Below are positions 41,663-52,279 of a stretch of DNA of 64,000 bases, in pieces. This stretch comes from a virus (taxonomy: Duplodnaviria; Heunggongvirae; Uroviricota; Caudoviricetes), in the IMG/VR virus record IMGVR_UViG_3300045988_003495; one strand, written 5' to 3'. Both the position numbers and the translations under genes were made by a program. The notes beneath the pieces were generated by a model. That model made no database searches. It was not told the origin of the DNA and saw only the letters and a program-made list of their open reading frames with translations. The number at the start of each line of letters is the position of its first letter. Positions within the stretch are counted from its first letter, which is position 1.

Positions 41663-43264
41663 ATGGACTTAAATACTGTTAAGCAGAAGCGAGTGGAAGA
41701 TGTTAGGAAAGTCCTAGCTGGAGAGTTGGGGCTTTCTGATGAAGTAAAAGAAATTATTAAATCATTCGGTAAAGACCCCTCTAAATTCCTTCCAACTCAA
41801 ATTCTGACTTTATTAAGATACACACCAGACCAAGTTCGCCTCATCTTTAAATTGATGACTGATAAGAACTATGTAGCCCCTCAGCCGGGTTCTCAAGAGG
41901 TGTTTTTAAATACTAATGCTGACTTGGTTTTATATGGTGGTGCTGCTGGTGCTGGTAAAACTGCTGCATTGTTAATGGACTCTTTAAGGTTTATTGAAGA
42001 CCCTAACTATAATGCTGTATATTTCCGTCGAAATACAACACAGTTACAAGGTGGTTTATGGCCTGCTGCAAAGAAACTATTTGGTAAGTTTGGTGGGGTT
42101 CCTCATGAGCAGAAGATGACTATCACATTCCCTTCTGGGGCAACTATCAAGTTCACCTACCTAGAACTTGAAAAGCACGCTGAAGGTCATCAGGGTATTG
42201 AATACTCAGCTATTTACTTTGACGAAGGTACACACTTCTCTGCTTCACAGATTTCATACCTACAAACCCGTCTACGTTCTGGTGCTGAAGGTGATTCATA
42301 CATGAAGATTTCCATGAACCCAGACAGAGACCACTTTATTTACGATTGGGTAGAGCCATTCTTAGATGAAGAAGGCTATCCAGACCCTGAAAAGTGTGGT
42401 CGTATTCGTTGGTATGTAATGAATGATGGTGTGATGGTTTCTGATTGGGAGAGAGACAAGATTCTTGAAATGTTCCCTCTTGAGATTCCTCAAACATACA
42501 CCTTTATCTCTGGTACGATTGATGATAACCCAATTCTTGACTTCTTAGAACCAAAGTATCGCGGTAAGCTTGAAAACAACACCCCTGTAAACGTTGCAAG
42601 ACTTCGTTTCGGTAACTGGAAGGCTCGTGCAGAAGGTTCGAACTATTGGCAAAGACAATGGTGTGAGATTGTTGATTCACTCCCAGAAGATGTATTTGAT
42701 GTTAGAGCATGGGACTTAGCAGCAACTTTACCATCTGAGGTTAACCCTAATCCAGACTGGACAGCAGGTGTTAAGATGGGTAAATCTAAAAAAGACGGTT
42801 GCTATTATATCATTGATGTAGTAAGATTTAGAGATAGACCCTCTGGAGTCGAAACACAAATTAATTTGACTGCTGAAAGTGACGGTAAGCGAACTGGTAT
42901 TTTTATCCCTCAAGACCCAGGCGCTGCTGGTAAATCCTACGCAACATCCCTCATCAGGAAACTTGCCGAGAAAGGCTATCGTGCAAGAGCTAAACCAACA
43001 AATAAAGATAAAGTTACCCGCTTTGCGGGATTTTCTGCTGCTTCTGAAGCTGGACTTGTAAAAGTCTTGAGAGGTAGTTGGAATGAAGCTTATTTTCAAG
43101 AGCTTGAAGGCTTTTGTGGTGATGGCAAAACTAAAGATGACCAAGTGGATGCTACCAGTGATGCTTTCAACAGTCTTAACGAAGTTAAATTATTCAAGCC
43201 ACCATCAATGGGTGCTCACACAGACTTAGTGAGAGGAAACCCATATGAGGGGCTTAGACGTTGA
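41663..43264 (+). CDS. terL: terminase large subunit
   Basis: Walker A LYGGAAGAGKT; ORF track starts at TTG 41648, but ATG 41663 follows RBS ggagg. Confidence 0.85.
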   Translation: MDLNTVKQKRVEDVRKVLAGELGLSDEVKEIIKSFGKDPSKFLPTQILTLLRYTPDQVRLIFKLMTDKNYVAPQPGSQEVFLNTNADLVLYGGAAGAGKTAALLMDSLRFIEDPNYNAVYFRRNTTQLQGGLWPAAKKLFGKFGGVPHEQKMTITFPSGATIKFTYLELEKHAEGHQGIEYSAIYFDEGTHFSASQISYLQTRLRSGAEGDSYMKISMNPDRDHFIYDWVEPFLDEEGYPDPEKCGRIRWYVMNDGVMVSDWERDKILEMFPLEIPQTYTFISGTIDDNPILDFLEPKYRGKLENNTPVNVARLRFGNWKARAEGSNYWQRQWCEIVDSLPEDVFDVRAWDLAATLPSEVNPNPDWTAGVKMGKSKKDGCYYIIDVVRFRDRPSGVETQINLTAESDGKRTGIFIPQDPGAAGKSYATSLIRKLAEKGYRARAKPTNKDKVTRFAGFSAASEAGLVKVLRGSWNEAYFQELEGFCGDGKTKDDQVDATSDAFNSLNEVKLFKPPSMGAHTDLVRGNPYEGLRR

Positions 43265-43280
43265 TAGCTAGGTGAGAAGA

Positions 43281-44747
43281 ATGGCAGATATTACAGAAAC
43301 ACAAGAAAGCTTACCACCATTTAGAATGGGTGAAGTAGGTTCTTTGGGTCTGAAGGTTAAGAATGGAAGAATCTATGAAGAACCTCGTCAGGCACTAAGG
43401 TTCCCTGAAAGTATTAAAACTTTCCAATTAATGATGCGTGACCCTGCTGTAGCAGCATCTGTAAATATTATTAAGATGTTTGTCAGAAAAGTCAACTGGA
43501 GATTCGTACCTCCAAAGGGAAAAGAGCAAGACCCTAAAATGCTTGAGAGAGCAGACTTCTTTAATTCTTTAATGGATGACATGGAGCATGATTGGGCAGA
43601 TTTTATTAATTCTGTAATGTCATTCTGCACTTATGGGTTCTGTGTTAACGAGAAAGTTTATAAGAAGCGTCAGGGTAAAAAAGGAAAGTACCAGTCAAAA
43701 TTTGATGATGGTCTAATTGGATGGGCTAAATTACCAATCAGAAACCAATCAACACTTGATAAGTGGTATTTTGACGAAGACTTTAGAAAAGTTACTGGTG
43801 TCAGACAGAATCTGAGAAATGTTTCACATATTGCTGGAGCAATTAATCTTGGAGAAAGACCACTAACAAGAAAACTTCCACGAGCTAAATTCATGCTGTT
43901 TAAGTATGATGATGAATATGGAAACCCAGAAGGTCGTTCACCATTACTTAATGCCTATGTACCGTGGAAGTATAAAGTTCAGATTGAAGAGTACGAAGCT
44001 GTTGGTGTTTCAAGAGACTTGGTAGGTATGCCAAAGATTGGTTTACCACCAGATTATCTGGATGAAAATGCAGAACCTGAAAAGAAAGCTTTCGTACAAT
44101 ACTGCAAAACTGTTGTTAATGATATGATTGCTAATGACAGAGCAGGTTTAATCTGGCCTAGATATATTGACCCAGACACTAAAGAGGATATTTTTGAGTT
44201 CTCATTAGTTTCTAGACAGGGTGCTAAAGCATACGATACAGGTTCTATTATTGACAGATATTCCAAGCAGATTATGATGGCATTTATGTCAGATGTTCTT
44301 GCTATGGGTCAGTCAAAATATGGTTCATTCTCTCTTGCAGATTCTAAGACAAGCTTACTAGCAATGTCAGTAGATATTCTGCTGAAGCAAATTAAGAACG
44401 TAATTAACCGTGATTTAGTTGCACAGACTTATGCTCTTAATATGTGGGACGATGAAGAACATGTACAAATCACATATGATGATATCGAAACCCCAGACCT
44501 TGAAGTAATTGGTTCTTATATCCAGAAGACTGTTGCAGTAGGTGCTTTGGAAGTTGACAAAGAGCTATCTAACAAGCTTAGAGAGCATATTGGTCTTCCT
44601 CCTGCTGATGAGTCTCAGCCAGTATCTGAAAAGCTTTCTCCAAATAGCCAAAGCCGTTCAGGAGATGGTTATAAGACCGCTGGAGAAGGTACTGCAAAGA
44701 CACCTTCAGCAAAAGACCCAAGCACAGCAAATAAGGCAAATAAATAA
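43281..44747 (+). CDS. portal protein
   Basis: About 489 aa ORF directly after terL (track start GTG 43272, ATG 43281 preferred); assigned by position, size and acidic C-terminus. Confidence 0.65.
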   Translation: MADITETQESLPPFRMGEVGSLGLKVKNGRIYEEPRQALRFPESIKTFQLMMRDPAVAASVNIIKMFVRKVNWRFVPPKGKEQDPKMLERADFFNSLMDDMEHDWADFINSVMSFCTYGFCVNEKVYKKRQGKKGKYQSKFDDGLIGWAKLPIRNQSTLDKWYFDEDFRKVTGVRQNLRNVSHIAGAINLGERPLTRKLPRAKFMLFKYDDEYGNPEGRSPLLNAYVPWKYKVQIEEYEAVGVSRDLVGMPKIGLPPDYLDENAEPEKKAFVQYCKTVVNDMIANDRAGLIWPRYIDPDTKEDIFEFSLVSRQGAKAYDTGSIIDRYSKQIMMAFMSDVLAMGQSKYGSFSLADSKTSLLAMSVDILLKQIKNVINRDLVAQTYALNMWDDEEHVQITYDDIETPDLEVIGSYIQKTVAVGALEVDKELSNKLREHIGLPPADESQPVSEKLSPNSQSRSGDGYKTAGEGTAKTPSAKDPSTANKANK

Positions 44748-45247
44748 TGGCTGAAGTTATCTCTATTTCAAATGCTACACGAGTGCATTCGTATAGAGGT
44801 GTTCTTATTATCACTGACAAATTATCTGTAGAGGCTGGCTCAAGGGTCAGCCTTTCAGGTTATGTAAGTGATGGTGGAGCCTCTGACGTTTTCACTATTT
44901 GCAGGTTACTTGATGCACCAATGAGTGGAAAACCGTTTATTTCAGGAAATTGTAGTGAAATTGTTAAAATTCCATTTGACAGTTCATGCCTTTTGGGTGT
45001 AAAGTTATATAACTGCGAGAATAAACGTATCAATGTTAATAGCATTGAAGCCGCTTTCATTACCCTCGACACTGCATTTCAATCTCCAATGACAGTTAAT
45101 AAAGAAACAAACAGACTTGAATACATTTTTTCACAAAATGATTACAAAGTACTTGTCAAAGGCAAAGTATATGATATGATTGTAAATGTGGTAGATGAAT
45201 CTGGTAACCATTCAACAGTCCTTAAACAAAAAGTAAGGTTTAATTAA
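44747..45247 (+). CDS. hypothetical head-module protein
   Basis: 166 aa, ATGA-coupled to the portal gene. Confidence 0.4.
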   Translation: MAEVISISNATRVHSYRGVLIITDKLSVEAGSRVSLSGYVSDGGASDVFTICRLLDAPMSGKPFISGNCSEIVKIPFDSSCLLGVKLYNCENKRINVNSIEAAFITLDTAFQSPMTVNKETNRLEYIFSQNDYKVLVKGKVYDMIVNVVDESGNHSTVLKQKVRFN

Positions 45248-45579
45248 TGGGAACATTAACTATTGATGGTAAGAATAAAATCCTCGCCACGCTAACCCCA
45301 ACGACTATTATTTTACACAATGTAGACCCAACGGCAGACCCTACAGCAAATAAGGTTACTCAGCCAGTGGCTATTTATTTTTCTGAACCGGATAATGGCT
45401 TAATTGCCTCAGAAGACACAGTTAATATTACTGTTCCAGCTTCTGCAACGGTCTCACACTATAGCTTGTGGGATGCTAACGATAAATGCGTGGCAACTGG
45501 TGCTCTTAGCAAACCTCAATTCTTTGCTGAAGAAGGTATCTATGTTATCTCTTCAGTCTCTGTAGATTTAAACAAATAG
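45247..45579 (+). CDS. hypothetical head-module protein
   Basis: 110 aa ORF. Confidence 0.4.
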   Translation: MGTLTIDGKNKILATLTPTTIILHNVDPTADPTANKVTQPVAIYFSEPDNGLIASEDTVNITVPASATVSHYSLWDANDKCVATGALSKPQFFAEEGIYVISSVSVDLNK

Positions 45580-45590
45580 GGTGAGTAAAA

Positions 45591-46937
45591 ATGAGTTCGA
45601 ATATCTTCAGACTTGCTGATAGATTATTCAACCAACCTTTACTAGCCACTGAATCATTAGCTCACTCAGCAGCAACTTATGTGAATAACAGATTGCTGGG
45701 TGATGTCCAAGCAGCAGTAAACTTTGATAAACCCAAAGGTGAAGCAAGAAGTCTTTTAAAAGTGAAAGATAACATTGCTATTATCCCTATTATGGGTGGT
45801 TTAACCCATCGTATGACATTCATTGATGCAATGTGTACAGGTGGATTAAGCTCTTATGAAGGTTTGCGTAGAGGCTTTGACGAAGCTTTAGCAGATGAGT
45901 CAATCAAGACTATTGTTCTGCATATTGATTCTGGTGGTGGTGAAGCTTCAGGTTGCTTTGAATTAGCACGTCACATTATGGCTTCAAGAGGCCAAAAGAA
46001 AATTATTGCTTATGTAGATGAGTTCGCTTGTTCCGCTGCATACGCTCTTGCATCTTCTGCTGAAGAAATTATTGCATCACCAGATGCAGATGTTGGTTCT
46101 ATTGGTGTAATTATGGTTCATCAGGAATTAACTAAGGCATTTGAAAAGAATGGCGTAACAATTAACGTCATCAAAGCTGGTGAGTTTAAAGGTATGGGTT
46201 CACCATTCCAAGCACTCTCAGAAGAAAGCAAAGAAAGACTTCAAAAGAGAATTAATGATACCTACGCAACCTTTACAGGTTTTGTAGCTGAATCTCGTAA
46301 TCTCTCTGAAGAAGCTGTAAAGAATACTGAGGCGAATGTTTATTCTGCTCAGGAAGCTCTTGAACTTGGTTTAATTAACTCAATCATGTCTCAAGATGAT
46401 TTCTTAAATTACTTACAAGGTTCTGAAGAGGCTCCTGTAAGTTTAAACGTTAACAATTCAGGTGAAGAAATGACTGAACAAGAAAAGCAAGAACTAGAAG
46501 CTTTGCGTCTTCAGGTTGCTCAAATGAAAGCTAAAGAACAGGAAGCTGCTTTGTCAGATTTGACTAATAAGATTTCTGCTTCTGCTGAAGCTTTTGGATT
46601 TGATGCAAAAGAAGCTGCAACGACTATTTTAGGTGCTGGTCTTGACAACCCTCTGAGTGTTCTGTTTATGAATGCTATGGAAGGTGCTAACCAGAAACTT
46701 AATGAAACTATCGCGTCCCATGCTTCTGCAATGGAAGAAAAAGAATCAGAAATTACCAAGTTGAAAGAGACTGCTGGTGCTGTTCTTGAACATTCCAACG
46801 CTATGGAAGAAGTGGGTAATGACGGCGAAGCTGATTTGGTTGAAGAAGAAAAAGAACCAGCTAAGAATGCTTCCGAAGACACCGCTGAACAACGCAAACT
46901 GGCTCTCCAGAATGCTCTAAAATCTCTTATCAAATAA
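45591..46937 (+). CDS. prohead serine protease (S49/ClpP-like) fused to scaffold-like C-terminal domain
   Basis: 448 aa; IVLHIDSGGGEASG...YVDEFACSAAYALASSAEEIIASPDADVGSIGV; C-terminal 150 aa acidic and predicted coiled-coil. Confidence 0.7.
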   Translation: MSSNIFRLADRLFNQPLLATESLAHSAATYVNNRLLGDVQAAVNFDKPKGEARSLLKVKDNIAIIPIMGGLTHRMTFIDAMCTGGLSSYEGLRRGFDEALADESIKTIVLHIDSGGGEASGCFELARHIMASRGQKKIIAYVDEFACSAAYALASSAEEIIASPDADVGSIGVIMVHQELTKAFEKNGVTINVIKAGEFKGMGSPFQALSEESKERLQKRINDTYATFTGFVAESRNLSEEAVKNTEANVYSAQEALELGLINSIMSQDDFLNYLQGSEEAPVSLNVNNSGEEMTEQEKQELEALRLQVAQMKAKEQEAALSDLTNKISASAEAFGFDAKEAATTILGAGLDNPLSVLFMNAMEGANQKLNETIASHASAMEEKESEITKLKETAGAVLEHSNAMEEVGNDGEADLVEEEKEPAKNASEDTAEQRKLALQNALKSLIK

Positions 46938-46948
46938 GGAACACAATA

Positions 46949-47326
46949 ATGGCATATCAAGGTTTTACTAAGTTAGGTAAAAGAGAACCTCTGAATGATA
47001 TCATTCTTTGGGAACAGGTTACCCCAACAGGCCACTCTCGTAAAGAGTACACTCCAGTTGCTTCAACAGAATACCGTGTAGGTGAAGTTCTGAAAGCAGA
47101 TGGTACTAAGGTTACAGCAGGGCAAGAAGCTCAGGCTGATTCAGTATGTATCGTTAACTTTTATGCAGACTCACAACTGTCTTATCATGGTCAGTTGAAA
47201 GTGGTAGGCATCTACCGCGATGCAGAACTGAAAGACATGCTTACTCTTGAAGCAAGTGTTAATGCTGATAGTGTTAAGGCAGCTCTGGCTGCTAAAGGTA
47301 TTGATTTCGTACCAACTGGCCTGTAA
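46949..47326 (+). CDS. hypothetical head protein (possible decoration protein)
   Basis: 125 aa ORF between protease/scaffold and major capsid genes. Confidence 0.35.
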   Translation: MAYQGFTKLGKREPLNDIILWEQVTPTGHSRKEYTPVASTEYRVGEVLKADGTKVTAGQEAQADSVCIVNFYADSQLSYHGQLKVVGIYRDAELKDMLTLEASVNADSVKAALAAKGIDFVPTGL

Positions 47327-47359
47327 TAACAATAATAAGACATTCTGGAGAATTTTACA

Positions 47360-48466
47360 ATGTTGACTAATTCTGAAAAAAGCAGATTTTTCCTTGCTGA
47401 CCTGACTGGCGAAGTCCAGTCTATCCCAAATACTTATGGGTATATTTCCAACTTAGGTCTGTTCCGTTCAGCACCAATCACCCAAACTACTTTCCTGATG
47501 GACTTGACTGATTGGGATGTTAGCTTGCTTGATGCGGTAGACCGTGATAGCCGTAAAGCAGAGACTAGCGCACCTGAGCGTGTTCGTCAAATCAGCTTCC
47601 CAATGATGTACTTCAAAGAAGTTGAAAGCATCACTCCTGATGAGATTCAGGGTGTACGTCAGCCAGGAACTGCAAACGAACTGACTACTGAAGCTGTAGT
47701 ACGTGCTAAGAAGCTGATGAAGATTCGTACCAAGTTCGATATTACTCGTGAGTTCCTGTTTATGCAAGCTCTGAAGGGTAAAGTTGTTGATGCTCGTGGT
47801 ACTCTATACGCTGACCTGTACAAGCAGTTCGACGTTGAGAAGAAGACTGTTTACTTCGACCTTGCCAACCCTAATGCTGACATCGACGCTTCTATCGAAG
47901 AACTGCGTATGCACATGGAAGACGAAGCTAAGACTGGCACTGTAATCAACGGCGAAGAAATTCACGTAGTTGTTGACCGTGTATTCTTCAGCAAACTGGT
48001 TAAGCATCCTAAGATTCGTGACGCTTATCTTGCACAGCAGACTCCGCTGGCTTGGCAACAGATTACTGGTTCTCTGAGAACTGGTGGTACTGACGGCGTT
48101 CAGGCTCATATGAACACCTTCTACTACGGTGGTGTTAAGTTTGTCCAGTACAACGGTAAGTTCAAAGACAAGCGTGGTAAGGTTCACACTTTGGTGGGCA
48201 TTGATGGTGTAGCAGCAACTGTTGGTGTTGGTCATGCCTTCCCTAACGTATCTATGCTGGGTGAAGCTAACAACATCTTCGAAGTGGCATATGGCCCATG
48301 TCCTAAGATGGGTTACGCAAATACACTTGGTCAGGAACTGTACGTATTCGAATACGAAAAAGACCGTGACGAAGGTATTGACTTCGAAGCTCACTCTTAC
48401 ATGCTGCCATACTGTACTCGTCCTCAGTTGCTGGTAGATGTTTGCGCTGACGCTAAAGGCAAATGA
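47360..48466 (+). CDS. major capsid protein
   Basis: 368 aa; follows protease/scaffold and small head gene; assigned by position and size. Confidence 0.6.
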   Translation: MLTNSEKSRFFLADLTGEVQSIPNTYGYISNLGLFRSAPITQTTFLMDLTDWDVSLLDAVDRDSRKAETSAPERVRQISFPMMYFKEVESITPDEIQGVRQPGTANELTTEAVVRAKKLMKIRTKFDITREFLFMQALKGKVVDARGTLYADLYKQFDVEKKTVYFDLANPNADIDASIEELRMHMEDEAKTGTVINGEEIHVVVDRVFFSKLVKHPKIRDAYLAQQTPLAWQQITGSLRTGGTDGVQAHMNTFYYGGVKFVQYNGKFKDKRGKVHTLVGIDGVAATVGVGHAFPNVSMLGEANNIFEVAYGPCPKMGYANTLGQELYVFEYEKDRDEGIDFEAHSYMLPYCTRPQLLVDVCADAKGK

Positions 48467-48487
48467 TATTCTTAAGGAGGGTTATGA

Positions 48488-48937
48488 ATGTGTTATACAG
48501 GCGACCCAGCCAATAACCCTCTTGATAGAGTAAGAATCCTCTGCACAGACACCAATAATGATGAAATTCTTATTGAACAGTCTGTGCTAGAGTGGTTCTA
48601 TCTAGAATCTGGAAAGGATGAAAAGAAAGCAGCCATCAAAGCTCTTAAATATTTACTCTTTCAAGTAGCCAAGATGGGAGATGAGAAGGTTGGTGGTGTT
48701 TATTTACGTAACTCTTCCAGATTCAAGTCTCTGAAAGCTGTTTATGACGACCTTGTTAAAAGCTCTGTTTCAGGACTACCCTATGCAGGTGGTATTAATC
48801 AGTGTGATATTGACATGCGTCGTCAAAATCCTTGCTCTGTCAAGAAATACACAGAATATGGTGATGCTGCCAGATACGAAGGCAGAGATTACTGCAACCG
48901 TGTTAATGGCGTATTTATTATCGAGCGAGATGAATAA
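48488..48937 (+). CDS. head-tail joining protein (hypothetical)
   Basis: 149 aa ORF after the capsid gene. Confidence 0.4.
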   Translation: MCYTGDPANNPLDRVRILCTDTNNDEILIEQSVLEWFYLESGKDEKKAAIKALKYLLFQVAKMGDEKVGGVYLRNSSRFKSLKAVYDDLVKSSVSGLPYAGGINQCDIDMRRQNPCSVKKYTEYGDAARYEGRDYCNRVNGVFIIERDE

Positions 48938-49419
48938 TGGTTAAAAGGGTTATTCACCCCGCTAGAGCAAAATTAGTCGGGGCTATGAAGAACTTGCAGA
49001 CGGCTAATGCTCAAGTTGGGTATTTTCAAGAACAAGGTCAACATAGCTCTGGTTTTTCTTATCCTGCTTTAATGTATTTACAAGAAGTTATTGGGGTTCC
49101 TTCAGCTTCTGGTAAAGTATATCGTAGGTTGTTTGAAATCACTATGATGCTAAACAGACAGACCTTGTTAGAGCAGACTAAGAAGAATCTATATAAGCAA
49201 CTTAGCAGTCTCAACACAGACCCTTCAGATACCTTAGAAGCATTTGCAAAGAATGCTCAAAAGGCAATTAAAAGAGGTTTTGGTAATTCTGCTATTCTCC
49301 CTCCTAACGCACCTTCCACAGTCAAGAAAAAAGGCTTTAATGCACCTCTTGTTGAGACAGGTGACTTAAGGGATAACCTTGCTTATAAAATTTCTACTAA
49401 GAAGGGTATTAAAAAATGA
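48937..49419 (+). CDS. head-tail joining protein (hypothetical)
   Basis: 160 aa, ATGG-coupled. Confidence 0.4.
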   Translation: MVKRVIHPARAKLVGAMKNLQTANAQVGYFQEQGQHSSGFSYPALMYLQEVIGVPSASGKVYRRLFEITMMLNRQTLLEQTKKNLYKQLSSLNTDPSDTLEAFAKNAQKAIKRGFGNSAILPPNAPSTVKKKGFNAPLVETGDLRDNLAYKISTKKGIKK

Positions 49420-49817
49420 GGCTCTTAAACAGACACAGCTTTGTAGTAAAGCGTAAAGTCTCTGAAGACGGTTATTATAACGATGATGGTGATTGGGTAG
49501 CTTCACAAGATATTGTAGAGGTTAACTGTAAAGGTAATATCCAGCCATATATCAAAGGTTCTGTAAAGAACGGTACACAGATTGCTTTACCGGAAGGTAT
49601 TAGACTTACCGATACAAGAATCCTGTATACCACATATAAGCTTAGAACTTCAGATGATGTAGAGTGGAATGAGTCTGATATTGTTATGATTGATGGTCAT
49701 GAGTATGAAGTATTTATGACTATGGATTGGTCACAGCAATTAGCCCATACGTCCCATTATGAATATATCATTATTAGAAGGGATAAAATGAATGCAGTTA
49801 GAAACAGCAGAACTTGA
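49416..49817 (+). CDS. head-tail joining / tail completion protein (hypothetical)
   Basis: 133 aa ORF. Confidence 0.4.
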   Translation: MRLLNRHSFVVKRKVSEDGYYNDDGDWVASQDIVEVNCKGNIQPYIKGSVKNGTQIALPEGIRLTDTRILYTTYKLRTSDDVEWNESDIVMIDGHEYEVFMTMDWSQQLAHTSHYEYIIIRRDKMNAVRNSRT

Positions 49818-50391
49818 AAAAGGTCTAGTTAGAACCTTAGTGGATGTTATTGGTCACAGACTAGCTCGTGATAAAAATAATAGACCAAACGTAATTAGAG
49901 CTTACCCTTCTGATAACTCAAATGACAAAGGTTTAAAACCTGACCAGCCATTTATTACCGTATATTGTCAAGATGCTGCAACACCTTATGGTTGGGTTCT
50001 TGATAAGTTTGTTGAGGATGATGTAGTTTGCTACAGAATTGCTTTTCAGATTCCTGTATTAATTACGGTAAATGGTAAAGGTGCTCACAGTATTATGCTT
50101 GAGCTTAAACAACGATTAGAGATGAGTTCAGTCAGAGATTTAATCCTTGAAGAAACAGGAGCTACAGTATTAGACACTGGAGCTATCCCAAATGACTATA
50201 CTTATCTTAATACAGATTTCGAAAATTCTGCGCCTCTTGTTGTAACTCTTGTAAAAAACTCAGTCCTGAAGGATGAACGTGGAAGTATTATTGAGCGTGT
50301 CATTGTTGATGGTGAGTTGGTTTATGAAGAAGGACAAGAGCCACCAGAATATACTATCCATCTAGATGTAGACTCCAAAGGGGTAAAATAA
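49792..50391 (+). CDS. tail completion / sheath-stabiliser protein (hypothetical)
   Basis: 199 aa ORF. Confidence 0.4.
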   Translation: MQLETAELEKGLVRTLVDVIGHRLARDKNNRPNVIRAYPSDNSNDKGLKPDQPFITVYCQDAATPYGWVLDKFVEDDVVCYRIAFQIPVLITVNGKGAHSIMLELKQRLEMSSVRDLILEETGATVLDTGAIPNDYTYLNTDFENSAPLVVTLVKNSVLKDERGSIIERVIVDGELVYEEGQEPPEYTIHLDVDSKGVK

Positions 50392-51744
50392 ATGTGGAAT
50401 CCAATTGTTAATGTAGATATTACATTGAACACCGCAGGAACTACAAGAGAAGGTTTTGGTTTGCCACTATTCTTAGCTTCAACAGATAACTTTGAAGAAA
50501 GAGTACGCGGTTACACTTCCTTAACTGAAGTTGCTGAAGATTTCGATGAGAATACTGCTGCATATAAGGCTGCTAAACAACTTTGGAGTCAGACTCCTAA
50601 AGTAACTCAGCTTTATATTGGTAGACGTACTATGCAGTACACTGTATCAATTCCTGATACCGTTACCGAAAGTACAGACTACTCAATTACTGTAGCTGTT
50701 GGCGGTGGAATTTCTCAACCATACCAGTACACATCAAAAAGCTCAGACACTGCTGAGAAAGTTTTGCAACAGTTTAAAACACAGATTGAAGCTGACCCAA
50801 CAATCAAAGATAAGGTTTCTGTGAATGTAACTGGTAGTGCTGGTTCTGCCACAATGATTATTACCAAAGCTGGTGATAATGACTTTGTGAAAGTAACAAC
50901 CACAGCACAGACTGTATATATTGCAAGTACAACTGCCGATACAGCATCAACTGCTCTGGCAGCCATTGAAGCTTATTCTACCGACTGGTATTTCATTGCA
51001 GCAGAAGACAGAACTCAACAGTTTGTCTTAGCAATGGCTTCTGAGATTCAGGCTCGTAAGAAAATCTTCTTCACTGCTAACTCTGATGTATCAGCACTAC
51101 AAGGCACAGAATTAAACAGTGCAAATGATGTTCCAGCACAGCTTGCTAAGAGTATGTACACTCGCACAGTTTGCCTGTGGCATCACACAGCAGCAGAAGA
51201 CTATCCAGAAATGGCATACATTGCTTATGGTGCTCCATACGATGCAGGGTCAATTGCTTGGGGTAATGCTCAGTTGACTGGTGTAGCTGCTTCTCTACAG
51301 CCAGCTAATAAGAGACCTCTGACAAGTATTCAGAAGTCAGCTTTAGATGCACGTCACTGTAACTTTATTGACCTTGATGGTGGTGTTCCAGTGGTTCGTA
51401 GAGGGATTACTTCTGGTGGGGAATGGATTGATATCATCCGTGGTGTTGACTGGTTAGAATCAGACCTGAAAACTTCTCTGAGAGACTTGCTAATTAACCA
51501 GAAGGGTGGTAAGATTACTTATGATGATACTGGTATTACCCGTATTCGTCAAGTCATTGAAACCTCTCTACAAAGAGCAGTCAACAGAAACTTCCTGTCA
51601 TCTTACACAGTTAATGTTCCTAAAGCCTCTCAAGTTGCTTTGGCAGACAAGAAAGCTCGTATCCTGAAAGATGTTACCTTCTCAGGTATCTTAGCAGGGG
51701 CTATCTTGGATGTTGACTTGAAAGGTACAGTGGCTTACGAATAA
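50392..51744 (+). CDS. tail sheath protein (probable)
   Basis: 450 aa ORF immediately followed by a 148 aa ORF, a strong terminator and a chaperone pair; sheath/tube pattern. Confidence 0.5.
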   Translation: MWNPIVNVDITLNTAGTTREGFGLPLFLASTDNFEERVRGYTSLTEVAEDFDENTAAYKAAKQLWSQTPKVTQLYIGRRTMQYTVSIPDTVTESTDYSITVAVGGGISQPYQYTSKSSDTAEKVLQQFKTQIEADPTIKDKVSVNVTGSAGSATMIITKAGDNDFVKVTTTAQTVYIASTTADTASTALAAIEAYSTDWYFIAAEDRTQQFVLAMASEIQARKKIFFTANSDVSALQGTELNSANDVPAQLAKSMYTRTVCLWHHTAAEDYPEMAYIAYGAPYDAGSIAWGNAQLTGVAASLQPANKRPLTSIQKSALDARHCNFIDLDGGVPVVRRGITSGGEWIDIIRGVDWLESDLKTSLRDLLINQKGGKITYDDTGITRIRQVIETSLQRAVNRNFLSSYTVNVPKASQVALADKKARILKDVTFSGILAGAILDVDLKGTVAYE

Positions 51745-51759
51745 TAGAGGTAAATTGGA

Positions 51760-52206
51760 ATGGCTATGTATCAGCAATATTCCCCTAAAGACGTTGTATG
51801 TAGCTGGAACGGCATTGCTATTGAAGGCTTTGCTCCAGACTCATTCTTGCGTCTACAGAGAACATCACCACTTGTGACACCAGTTGTTGGTGCAGGTGGT
51901 CAGGTTGCTCTGACAAGAAATGCAGACAAGACAGGTACTATTGAGATTGAGCTAATGCAGACTTCTCTCTCTAACCAGATGCTTTCTGCAATTCAAGCTA
52001 AACAAGACAATATGGAACTTGAAGAAGATATCTCTTCTAACTTCGTAATCTACGACCCATCAGGCTCTGTTCTGGCAACTGGTATTAACGCTTGGTTGCA
52101 GGAATTACCACAGGTTGAACTTGGTCGTGACCAGAACTCTAAGACTTGGATTTTTGGTTGTGAGAAGCTAGACTATACTTCTACAATTCCAGCGTCAAGT
52201 GTTTAA
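51760..52206 (+). CDS. tail tube protein (probable)
   Basis: 148 aa; followed by terminator 52218-52252. Confidence 0.5.
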   Translation: MAMYQQYSPKDVVCSWNGIAIEGFAPDSFLRLQRTSPLVTPVVGAGGQVALTRNADKTGTIEIELMQTSLSNQMLSAIQAKQDNMELEEDISSNFVIYDPSGSVLATGINAWLQELPQVELGRDQNSKTWIFGCEKLDYTSTIPASSV

Positions 52207-52217
52207 TAAATCCTATA

Positions 52218-52252
52218 AGGGGGAGACTTTAAAAGGTCTTCCCCTTTTTTGT
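52218..52252 (+). terminator. intrinsic terminator after the tube gene
   Basis: gggggagac-tttaaaag-gtcttcccc followed by tttttt. Confidence 0.65.
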
Positions 52253-52279
52253 TTCTTTTAAAAGTATTAAGGAATCACA

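Noticed and set aside
42728-43144. Minus-strand 138-aa ORF inside the terminase gene
   Set aside because: Antisense to terL, which has a clear Walker A motif and RBS.
46520-46960. Minus-strand 146-aa ORF across the protease/scaffold 3' end
   Set aside because: Antisense shadow of an Ala/Glu-rich coding region.
47468-48394. Minus-strand ORFs (47468-47767, 47804-48394) inside the major capsid gene
   Set aside because: Antisense to a structural gene in a uniformly plus-strand module; no independent start signals.
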